DNA from: an uncultured virus (IMG/VR IMGVR_UViG_3300025723_000029)
Taxonomy: Duplodnaviria > Heunggongvirae > Uroviricota > Caudoviricetes
Reading direction: 5' to 3' (one strand)
Virus record (IMG/VR): IMGVR_UViG_3300025723_000029
DNA length: 20,000 nt
Below the pieces are notes generated by a model, which worked only from the letters and a program-made list of their open reading frames with translations, did not search any database and had not been told where the DNA came from. The translations under genes were made by a program, and so were the position numbers. This document shows, piece by piece, positions 7,876-16,084 of the stretch (the first letter of the stretch is position 1; every line of letters begins with the position of its first letter).

Positions 7876-8841
7876 ATGAAAAAAATGTTAGTTTTGGGCG
7901 CAGGCGGTTTTATTGGGTCGCACTTGGTTATCCGATTAAAAAAACAAGGACATTATGTAACTGGGGTTGATTTACATTTGCCAGAATTTAGTGTAACCGC
8001 TGCTGATAATTTTATTGTTGGCGATTTACGAGACCGTGATGTGTGTAGAATGTTGTTGGAAGAACCTGTCGATGAAATTTATCAATTGGCTGCAGATATG
8101 GGCGGAGCAGGCTACGTGTTTACGGGCATAAACGATATGGACATTCTTTATAACTCAGCTTTGATAAATTTAAATATTATCAATGAGTTGATGAAAAATC
8201 CTAAACCAAAAATCTTTTTTAGTTCGTCTGCTTGTATATACCCGGCTTACAATCAACTTGACCCTGATAACCCCAATTGTGAAGAAAGTAGTGCATATCC
8301 GGCCGAGCCTGACAGTGAGTATGGGTGGGAAAAGTTGTTTAGTGAACGCTTATATCAAAATTTAAAAAAAAACTACGGAGTCGAGGTTCATATTGGTAGA
8401 TATCATAATATTTTTGGTGTTGAAACTAGCTGGAACAACGGCAAAGAAAAGGCGCCGGCAGCTATTTGCCGAAAGGTAGCCCAGGCACACGACGGTGGAT
8501 CAATCGACGTGTGGGGGGATGGATCGCAGACTCGTTCATTCTTGTATATTGACGAATGTTTGGATGCTACTATTAAAATAATGGCTAGCGATTTTGCTGG
8601 GCCAGCTAACATAGGTAGCGAAGAGTCAGTTAGCATCACTGAATTAGCAAAAAAAGTAATAGCTATTTCAGGAAAAAATATTTCAATTAATTATGTAGAC
8701 GGTCCTATTGGAGTTAACGGTAGAAATTCAGACAATAGATTGATTAAAGAAAAACTAGGATGGACCCATACTCAATCATTGGATGATGGGTTGAAAAAGT
8801 TATATGATTGGATAGTCCAGCAAAACAATGCTGTTAACTAA
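7876..8841 (+). CDS. NAD-dependent nucleotide-sugar epimerase, GDP-mannose 3,5-epimerase-like
   Basis: GAGGFIG Rossmann motif, LAADMGGAG, SSSACIYP, AYPAEP, YGWEK (YxxxK), RYHNIFG, EKAPAAICRK, VWGDGSQTRSFLYIDEC, GVNGRNSDN. Confidence 0.88.
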   Translation: MKKMLVLGAGGFIGSHLVIRLKKQGHYVTGVDLHLPEFSVTAADNFIVGDLRDRDVCRMLLEEPVDEIYQLAADMGGAGYVFTGINDMDILYNSALINLNIINELMKNPKPKIFFSSSACIYPAYNQLDPDNPNCEESSAYPAEPDSEYGWEKLFSERLYQNLKKNYGVEVHIGRYHNIFGVETSWNNGKEKAPAAICRKVAQAHDGGSIDVWGDGSQTRSFLYIDECLDATIKIMASDFAGPANIGSEESVSITELAKKVIAISGKNISINYVDGPIGVNGRNSDNRLIKEKLGWTHTQSLDDGLKKLYDWIVQQNNAVN

Positions 8842-9544
8842 AGAAACCCTTTATATATGCGGAGACAGTTTTTGTTCTAGCGACCCCGACTATGGCAATA
8901 ATTGGACTGAGATGCTGGCTAAAAAATTGCCCAACACAACCGTCGTTAATTTATCTATACCGGGTGCTAGTAATTACTTGATATATCTACAGGTTAAACA
9001 CGCTTTAAAAAATCAGTGCGATTATTTAATATATAACGCTACTGGATCAACTCGTCAGGAATTTGTTTTGAATTTAAATGATTCCCAAACAGATAATATA
9101 AATCGATATCACAATGTGTTGGCACCAGGTGCCCGCAAGGAGTTATTGTGTATGTCATGGGTTAATCCGTTTAATCCAAAATTGCACAACAATATTTTTA
9201 CCACTGCCTGTGTAGACAAAATTAAAAACTTTTTTATGCGGTATGTAGATATGCCGTCGACAATTGAAAAAAATTATATTTTTATACAACAAACCCTATC
9301 AATGATTGATTCTGCTAAGAATGTCAAAGGATGGGCCTGGAGTCAGGGTGGATTTGAACATAAAAATTTTAAACCTGCACAAGATTGGAACTTTTCAAAA
9401 TATAAAGAAAAAGAAAATTGCATCAATCTTTGGGACTACTACGATTCATCTATAGCTCGACCCTACTATCATATAACTGACAAAAAAATTCTCCAAAGTG
9501 TTTGTGATCAATATCTTAATATGTTAAACTTAAACACCATATGA
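8828..9544 (+). CDS. SGNH/GDSL-like hydrolase or acyltransferase family protein
   Basis: ICGDSF block I, VNLSIPGASN block II, His near the C-terminus (PYYH); overlaps both neighbours. Confidence 0.55.
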   Translation: MLLTKETLYICGDSFCSSDPDYGNNWTEMLAKKLPNTTVVNLSIPGASNYLIYLQVKHALKNQCDYLIYNATGSTRQEFVLNLNDSQTDNINRYHNVLAPGARKELLCMSWVNPFNPKLHNNIFTTACVDKIKNFFMRYVDMPSTIEKNYIFIQQTLSMIDSAKNVKGWAWSQGGFEHKNFKPAQDWNFSKYKEKENCINLWDYYDSSIARPYYHITDKKILQSVCDQYLNMLNLNTI

Positions 9545-11304
9545 TCCAAATTAAAAAACTAACCGTTAAAAACTTCATGAGTGTGGGCAATGCCACACAG
9601 GCCATCGATTTTGATCGGTCAGACCTTACTCTTGTGTTGGGTGAAAATCTTGACCTGGGCGGTGACGGCAGTCGCAACGGCACCGGCAAGACCACCATCA
9701 TCAACGCACTCAGCTATGCCTTGTATGGCAACGCACTCAGCAATATCAGAAAAGACAACCTGGTCAACAAGACCAACGGCAAGGGCATGCTGGTCAGTCT
9801 GGACTTTGTGTTGGGCGCACAGGCGTATCGAATCGAACGTGGTCGCAAGCCCAACCTACTGAAATTCTATGTCAACAGCGAACAAAAGGTCGCCGCGGAC
9901 GAAGCACAGGGCGACAGCCGAGAAACACAGGAAGCCATCGAGTCGGTGCTGGGACTCAGCCACGACATGTTCAAACACATCATGGCCTTGAATACCTATA
10001 CCGAACCATTCTTGAGTCTCAAGGCCAACGATCAACGCACCATAATCGAGCAGTTGTTGGGCATCACACAACTGAGCGATCGAGCCGATCGCATCAAAGA
10101 GTTGAACAAGGGCACACGAGATGCCATACAGCAAGAAGAGTTCAGGATACGAGCTGTGCAAGAGGCCAATCAACGCATCCAAGAACAGATTGAAAATCTC
10201 AAACGTAGACAACGACTATGGGCGGAAAAACATTCCACTGACGTACAGGAACTGGAAAAAGCACTCGAGGCGCTACAAAATATACAGATCGAAGACGAAA
10301 TTGCAGCGCATCAAGCACACCGGGCTTGGGATCAAAAAAGAAAAGACTTCAACGATCTATCCGGTCAGATCAGCCGCACCAAACTGGACCGTGATCGAGA
10401 AAACAAAACGATAGACAAACTGTCGAAAGAAATTGCAACGCTGGAGAGTCACGAATGCCATACCTGCGGCCAGCCCTTCCACGACAACAAGCACCAATCG
10501 GTCGTGACAGCGAAACAGGAGGATCTGGCAACAGCTAGAACAGCAAGCCTGGCACATGCACAGCTCTTGGCAGACCTCGAGCTTGCAGTTGAAACCCTGG
10601 GCACGCTGGGGAGACCGCCCAAGATGTTCTATGACAACGAAGCTGACGCGATTCAGCATCGTGCCACAGTGGCCGGTCTCGTACAGCAGATTGATCACAA
10701 GCGACAAGAAATCGACCCTTACACTGAACAGATTGAAGAAATGACCCAGGCTGCCTTGCAAGAAGTCTCCTACGACAGCATGAATGAACTCACTCGCTTG
10801 CAAGAGCATCAGGAGTTCTTGCTCAAACTGCTGACCAGCAAGGACAGTTTCATACGCAAAAAGATCATAGAACAGAATCTCAGTTACCTGAATGCCAGAC
10901 TCACACACTATCTGGACAGCATGGGACTGCCGCACACAGTCATATTCCAGAATGACCTCACAGTTTTGATCGAAGAGCTGGGCCGCGAGCTGGACTTTGA
11001 CAATCTCAGTAGAGGTGAACGCAACCGACTGATTCTCAGCATGAGCTGGGCCTTCCGTGATGTGTTTGAAAGTTTGTACCAGCCAATCAACCTTCTGTTC
11101 ATAGATGAAATGATCGACAACGGCTTGGACACAGCTGGTGTGGAAGCGGCCCTGGCCTTGCTCAAGCACATGAGTCGCGAGCGCCACAAGAGCATATGGT
11201 TGGTCAGTCACCGAGACGAGCTGGCTGGCCGAGTGGAGAATATACTAAAAGTGGTCAAAGAGAATGGCTATACCAGCTATAACACAGACGTGGAGATGGC
11301 ATGA
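9541..11304 (+). CDS. gp46: Recombination nuclease ATPase subunit, T4 gp46/SbcC/Rad50-like
   Basis: KNFMSVG, Walker A RNGTGKTT, coiled coil with zinc hook CHTCGQ, signature LSRGE, Walker B LLFIDE, H-loop VSH. Confidence 0.93.
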   Translation: MIQIKKLTVKNFMSVGNATQAIDFDRSDLTLVLGENLDLGGDGSRNGTGKTTIINALSYALYGNALSNIRKDNLVNKTNGKGMLVSLDFVLGAQAYRIERGRKPNLLKFYVNSEQKVAADEAQGDSRETQEAIESVLGLSHDMFKHIMALNTYTEPFLSLKANDQRTIIEQLLGITQLSDRADRIKELNKGTRDAIQQEEFRIRAVQEANQRIQEQIENLKRRQRLWAEKHSTDVQELEKALEALQNIQIEDEIAAHQAHRAWDQKRKDFNDLSGQISRTKLDRDRENKTIDKLSKEIATLESHECHTCGQPFHDNKHQSVVTAKQEDLATARTASLAHAQLLADLELAVETLGTLGRPPKMFYDNEADAIQHRATVAGLVQQIDHKRQEIDPYTEQIEEMTQAALQEVSYDSMNELTRLQEHQEFLLKLLTSKDSFIRKKIIEQNLSYLNARLTHYLDSMGLPHTVIFQNDLTVLIEELGRELDFDNLSRGERNRLILSMSWAFRDVFESLYQPINLLFIDEMIDNGLDTAGVEAALALLKHMSRERHKSIWLVSHRDELAGRVENILKVVKENGYTSYNTDVEMA

Positions 11305-12803
11305 CTGACGTAGTGATTTTAACTATACCTAGAGTGGCACCAGTGCGTCCAGCAGCAGCACCAGCAATCATCAAAGGTATTTTAAATCGCTTGAATGTTA
11401 CAAGTCGTATTTTAGATATCAATATCGATTACTTTACAGATTTCAAAAAAAACACAGATGCAGGACTGTTTAACGAAATTGACGAGTTTTTATTTGTCAA
11501 AAATAAAAAAATTGGTCAAGTTGCACAAAAAACGTTAGATCTATTTGTTCAACAATGGATTGATCAGATACTGTTGGAGAAACCAAAAAAATTATTTATC
11601 AGTGTGTTCAGCTGGCAAGCACAAAGATTTTGTGTGGAGTTTTTAACTCGATTAAGAAAACTATCTACGGTAGAAGTGATTGTGGGGGGACAAGGACTGA
11701 TACGAGAAGAAAACGGAAGCTATAGTCAACGTCCTGAATTTGCACACTTTTTAAAAGATCAACAGTTGATCGATCATTGGATCCGTGGTGAGGCCGAAAC
11801 AACCATTCCGTTTATTATGGCCGGTGATTATTCTGTGGCTGGTATTGACACCGATTTCTTAGCAGAATACAGCAACATAAAAGAACATGCTCCAATGGAT
11901 TTTAGCGACTTTGACATTACCAAATACCAAAGTGGTTATACTACCGGAGTACTGCCGATGGAAACTAGTCGAGGTTGTGTAAGAAATTGTGTATTTTGTG
12001 ACATTCCTACCATGCAGGGAGGCTATAGATTCAAACGCGGTAAACAGTTGGCTGACGAGATGATACATTACTACGAACACTATCAAGTGCGCGATTACTT
12101 TTTTCATGACGCATTGTGCAACGGAAGTGTGAAAGATTTCAGAGAATTCAATCAAACCTTAGTGGATTACTACAAAAAAAATAATTTGCCAAACAGATAT
12201 TTCAAATACAGTAGTCATGCTATTGTGCAACCTTACAGTAATTTTAAATCAGCTGATTTTGAAATCATGGCACAAGGTGGTGCAGATACCATGGTTATCG
12301 GAATAGAAACCGGTAGTGATCGTGTAAGAAAACACATGCGCAAGGGCTTTACCGGTGCTGACTTAGATTATAACATGGAAGAATACAGCAAGAACAAAAT
12401 ACAAGTGTATTTTCTTATCATTGTGGGCTTTCCCACCGAGACTAGAGAAGACTTTGACCAGACTCTAGAAATGCTGACTCGTTATCAAAGATATGTGGCC
12501 GACGGCACAGTGATCGGTGTGAATTTAGGAACCACCTTGACCATTGAAGAAGGAACCGAAATGTACGATTATCCAGAGCGCCTAAACTTGATCGGCGTCA
12601 ACGGCAATCGCCCCCAGGGTGCCGACTGGAAATGCTTGGATAATCCAGAATTAACCTACAAAGAACGCATCATGCGACGACTTGAAGCCCAAGAACATGC
12701 AGTAAATCTAGGTTATACCTTTTGGAAGGGCGACGATCAAATCAAAATTATGATGGACAAGTACCAGGAAAGAATTGCACGACTAGCTGGAGTGATACAT
12801 TGA
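11301..12803 (+). CDS. Radical SAM protein with N-terminal B12-binding-like domain
   Basis: ETSRGCVRNCVFC (CxxxCxxC) after a ~215-aa N-terminal domain (ISVFS, VIVGG, RGEAE); GIETGSDRVRKHMRKG and IVGFPTETREDF. Confidence 0.85.
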   Translation: MTDVVILTIPRVAPVRPAAAPAIIKGILNRLNVTSRILDINIDYFTDFKKNTDAGLFNEIDEFLFVKNKKIGQVAQKTLDLFVQQWIDQILLEKPKKLFISVFSWQAQRFCVEFLTRLRKLSTVEVIVGGQGLIREENGSYSQRPEFAHFLKDQQLIDHWIRGEAETTIPFIMAGDYSVAGIDTDFLAEYSNIKEHAPMDFSDFDITKYQSGYTTGVLPMETSRGCVRNCVFCDIPTMQGGYRFKRGKQLADEMIHYYEHYQVRDYFFHDALCNGSVKDFREFNQTLVDYYKKNNLPNRYFKYSSHAIVQPYSNFKSADFEIMAQGGADTMVIGIETGSDRVRKHMRKGFTGADLDYNMEEYSKNKIQVYFLIIVGFPTETREDFDQTLEMLTRYQRYVADGTVIGVNLGTTLTIEEGTEMYDYPERLNLIGVNGNRPQGADWKCLDNPELTYKERIMRRLEAQEHAVNLGYTFWKGDDQIKIMMDKYQERIARLAGVIH

Positions 12804-13300
12804 AATTAGATATTTCTTTAAGCGTCGAACGAGGATTAGGAGATCCACTGGTAAAAATAATTGTAGACGATTATTTGACCTTGGCCGACGGTCCTGCACA
12901 GGACCAATACAGTTTTGAACTCAACATACCAGACGAATTGCATTCATTAAAAATTACACACTACGGCAAAACCATCGACGATGCTAGCAACAGCAATATT
13001 GACAAACATGTAGAAATAACGGCAATCAGTATGGATCAAATTTCACTTGAGAGAGAATTGTGGGATGGTAAATTTTTTCCAATTTATCTACACAAAACCG
13101 ACAGCGATCCTTACTACATCAGTCCCAATCTGTATCTAGGGCACAACGGCACTTGGGTCTTGGAGTTTACCACCCCGGCGCCACTGTGGTTAATTTCTTT
13201 ACGCAAGCCTGGGCCAAAATTAGATAATACTATTTTTAAAACCAACAAACAGACATTGGATCATGCTAAAGATTTTTTTAAAGGGTTGCCCGATGTTTAA
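12800..13300 (+). CDS. Hypothetical protein (166 aa) in the radical SAM cassette
   Basis: TTG start at 12800 overlapping the upstream TGA, with GGAG at 12789-12792; fills the gap between the two RS genes. Confidence 0.65.
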   Translation: MKLDISLSVERGLGDPLVKIIVDDYLTLADGPAQDQYSFELNIPDELHSLKITHYGKTIDDASNSNIDKHVEITAISMDQISLERELWDGKFFPIYLHKTDSDPYYISPNLYLGHNGTWVLEFTTPAPLWLISLRKPGPKLDNTIFKTNKQTLDHAKDFFKGLPDV

Positions 13301-14405
13301 TGTAACAGACATACAGGAATATCAACTGGAAATTACCAGTTACTGTAATGCCGCATGCCCGCAATGTCCTCGCAATGAAAATGGTCGCGGTATCAACAAA
13401 AGAATGCCGCTGTGCCATCTCGATCGTACTGTAATAGATCAAACTTTTATCGCTGGAATATGCAAAGGTCTGAATCAGATTTTTTTCTGTGGTAGCTACG
13501 GCGATCCTATTATGCATCCAAATTTTTTGGATATCTTGCGTGATTTTCGTAAAAAGAATCCCACACTGTGGTTGTATTTTCATACTAACGGTGGTGTGCA
13601 TGAACCAGAGTACTGGGCAGAAATTGCCAGGATCATGGCCGGTTATGGACAAATAGATTTTGGTATCGATGGCCTGGAAGATACTTTACATTTGTATAGG
13701 AAAAATGTAAACTATAACAAAGTGATCAAAAATGCCAAGTCTTTTATTGACGCAGGGGGTCGTGCTCAATGGAATTTTATTGTGTTTCAACACAACGAGC
13801 ATCAGGTAGAAAAGGCCAAACAGCTGGGCAAGGATTTGGGTTTTTTTAATGTGTTGATTAGAAAAACTGGAAGATTTTTTAATCACAGGACTGTTGAAGA
13901 AATGACAGCATGGCCTGTCAGGGACGAGTATGTTATAGAACCGCCTGTTAATCCCGAGTACCGCAATCAGAGCATGCTGTTTTTACCAGAATTAAAACGA
14001 CAGTACAGCAATATTAAAGACTATTTTGATACCACAGAAATCAAATGCGATGCCATGATTGGCCCCAAGGTTGTTGTCAATGCAGAAGGATTGGTATTGC
14101 CCTGTAACTTTTTTAATCATAATCTGTACGATCGTAGATTTTACGAGGCAGGTGTGTTGCCCGAGTCCAACCAGTTGAGCACAGTTGATGGCAAAAATCA
14201 AGTTAGGTCGTTTTTGGAAAGTTACGATTTAGACAGTTTCAATATTAATCTGCACAGTTTAGAAGAAATTTTTAGTAATTCTATGTGGGCAGATCTAGTA
14301 AAGTCGTGGAACAAAACACTGGCCAACGGTCGTTTGTTTGAGTGTGCCATGACCTGTGGTTCTAAAATTACCAAAGTATGGGATCAAGGAGGAAGTAAAC
14401 GATGA
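13293..14405 (+). CDS. Radical SAM protein with C-terminal Cys-containing twitch/SPASM-like region (370 aa)
   Basis: Likely start MFNVTD at 13293. EITSYCNAACPQC, FCGSYGDP, HTNGG, FGIDGLEDT; C-terminal C...NAEGLVLPC...CAMTC. Confidence 0.85.
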   Translation: MFNVTDIQEYQLEITSYCNAACPQCPRNENGRGINKRMPLCHLDRTVIDQTFIAGICKGLNQIFFCGSYGDPIMHPNFLDILRDFRKKNPTLWLYFHTNGGVHEPEYWAEIARIMAGYGQIDFGIDGLEDTLHLYRKNVNYNKVIKNAKSFIDAGGRAQWNFIVFQHNEHQVEKAKQLGKDLGFFNVLIRKTGRFFNHRTVEEMTAWPVRDEYVIEPPVNPEYRNQSMLFLPELKRQYSNIKDYFDTTEIKCDAMIGPKVVVNAEGLVLPCNFFNHNLYDRRFYEAGVLPESNQLSTVDGKNQVRSFLESYDLDSFNINLHSLEEIFSNSMWADLVKSWNKTLANGRLFECAMTCGSKITKVWDQGGSKR

Positions 14406-14986
14406 AATACATGATTACTGGCGGTAGCAAGGGCCTAGGACTTGCCATGATTGACCGTTTTGGCGGCGACAGTTACTGCCGAGGCAACGGCTTTGACATC
14501 ACAAAAGATACAGAAAAGTTGGCCAAGATCAGTTTAGACTATGACGTGTTTGTTAACAACGCATTTGACGGACCATTTCAAGAGCCCTGGGCCAATTTTG
14601 CACAGGTTCAGTTGTTGTATGCAGTTGGAGATCTGTGGGCCAAAGAAAACAAGTCAGGATATATTGTCAACATAGGCAGTGTCGGCAGTGAAACAGTGTC
14701 GGCGCCGATTCCAAGTTTTGAAACCTATCGTGTGAGCAAGGCAGCCTTGAAAGAACACAGTCGCCAGTGGACACGAGCATTCAAAGACAACAAGGTACCG
14801 TTCAAAACCAGTCTACTCACCCTCGATCGGCTGGATACTGATTTGACTCGCAACAGATCCAGCTGGACTGGGAACGGAATTGACACAGCAGATATCTGTT
14901 CGTACATTGAGCTAATTACTAATGCTCAACCAAACACATGCATTGAAGAAATTATAGGGTGGGTGAATTTTGATCATAAACAATAG
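14402..14986 (+). CDS. Short-chain dehydrogenase/reductase (compact, 194 aa)
   Basis: ITGGSKGLG, VFVNNA, IVNIGS, YRVSK (YxxxK). Confidence 0.85.
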   Translation: MKYMITGGSKGLGLAMIDRFGGDSYCRGNGFDITKDTEKLAKISLDYDVFVNNAFDGPFQEPWANFAQVQLLYAVGDLWAKENKSGYIVNIGSVGSETVSAPIPSFETYRVSKAALKEHSRQWTRAFKDNKVPFKTSLLTLDRLDTDLTRNRSSWTGNGIDTADICSYIELITNAQPNTCIEEIIGWVNFDHKQ

Positions 14987-14989
14987 TCC

Positions 14990-15430
14990 ATGTCATGGTT
15001 ATACGAAAACACCCAGATCAACCAACTGCCCGAAGACTGTGTGGGCTTTGTGTACCTGATCACAAACACCACAACCGGACGTCGATACATCGGCAAAAAA
15101 CTAGCAAAATTCAGCAAGACCACGTACAAGGTAGTCAAACTCAAAAACGGCAACAAGAAACGAAAACGCATCCGCAGCAAGATAGACTCAGACTGGCAAC
15201 AATACTACGGCAGCAACGATCAACTGAACCAAGACCTACTGGCGCTGGGCGCCGACAACTTCACTAGACAGATACTATTTTACTGTAAAAGCAAGGCCGA
15301 ATGCAACTATATTGAAGCCCGCGAACAGTTCCGTCATCAAGTACTGGAATCAGACGCTTGGTACAACGGGCAGATAGTGTGCCGCATACACGGCAGTCAT
15401 ATAAAAAACAAACTTTCTACAGGCAACTAA
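14990..15430 (+). CDS. GIY-YIG endonuclease, T4 endonuclease II-like
   Basis: GFVYLITN...RRYIGKK, YYGS, NFTRQIL, conserved E and terminal YN; basic insertion KVVKLKNGNKKRKRIR. Confidence 0.85.
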   Translation: MSWLYENTQINQLPEDCVGFVYLITNTTTGRRYIGKKLAKFSKTTYKVVKLKNGNKKRKRIRSKIDSDWQQYYGSNDQLNQDLLALGADNFTRQILFYCKSKAECNYIEAREQFRHQVLESDAWYNGQIVCRIHGSHIKNKLSTGN

Positions 15431-15431
15431 A

Positions 15432-15832
15432 CCGACTGTGTTTGATCGAGGTAGCTCGATCCCCGTTGAGGGCCGACAGTATCGGCTCGGATAGAATGGA
15501 CCTAGGTTCGCTCGGGTGTCAAAGGCAATTGCTAACTTAAGGCAACAAAGGATTTGAGCTCTGTGAAAAAGACACAACTCATGCCCATAGGACTTGGATT
15601 TACGATTGGGTCACTAGGGTTCCGTTGATATGTGAAGCTAGAGTAGGGGGTACCGGTCAACCGCCTCCGTCGTGAAAACGAATCTCTTTATCGTAAATGA
15701 CAGCTACAACTCGGATAATGTAGAAGTCAGTTCACCGTGAATACGGTGAATTGTGACCGCATAATCTGGATAATGCAAGAGAAGAACACAGTTGCTGAGC
15801 ACAGCGAAAGCAACAGATCTCGTTAGAGATCT
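15432..15832 (+). ncRNA. Candidate large structured non-coding RNA (family not recognised)
   Basis: No credible ORF in an otherwise gene-packed window; at least 10 stems including a 9-bp long-range helix, a GAAA-capped hairpin and G-U pairs that only form on the plus strand. Confidence 0.6.
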
Positions 15833-15853
15833 TGAAATGAAACAACAGGTTCT

Positions 15854-16084
15854 TTAAAAGAAAGGCAGTCCTGACTTTTTGGTAGTTTCCAAATTGTCCT
15901 TGATCAGCTGATTGATCAACACTCGTTCGCTGGCACTGAGTTGCAGGGCATGTTCGTAGCTGAGCCCGCCACGCATGTACCAACTGAGCTGGAAAGCCTC
16001 TTGTCTGATCTTGTTGCACTCTTTTTCCATATCGTCTACCATGAGCCCGATCTGTTCAGAGTCCGAGATCAGGAGGCGCGATCG
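15854..16084 (-). CDS. Small baseplate/tail assembly ORF, probably the -1 frameshift extension of the gp26-like gene (alternative ATG at 16042 or 16030)
   Basis: LSWYMRGGLSYEHALQLSASERVLINQLIKDNLE...GLPFF; frame is open back through the slippery heptamer at 16084-16090; no clear RBS before internal ATGs. Confidence 0.7.
   Translation of the reverse strand, partial: RSRLLISDSEQIGLMVDDMEKECNKIRQEAFQLSWYMRGGLSYEHALQLSASERVLINQLIKDNLETTKKSGLPFF

Noticed and set aside
11005..11019. gp46 ABC signature LSRGE instead of LSGGE as a sign of inactivation
   Set aside because: All other ATPase motifs are intact and phage gp46 signatures are known to deviate.
15350..15577. Small ORFs (75 aa minus, 60 aa plus) over the structured region
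   Set aside because: They overlap the nuclease gene, lack an RBS and any motif; base pairing explains the region better.
15795..15810. Hammerhead-like CTGAGCA...GAAA
   Set aside because: Core needs CUGAnGA plus three stems and a cleavage triplet; not satisfied.
14990..15832. Group I/II intron with homing endonuclease
   Set aside because: No interrupted host gene, no recognisable P7 or domain V core; the nuclease is EndoII-like without an evident homing DNA-binding tail.
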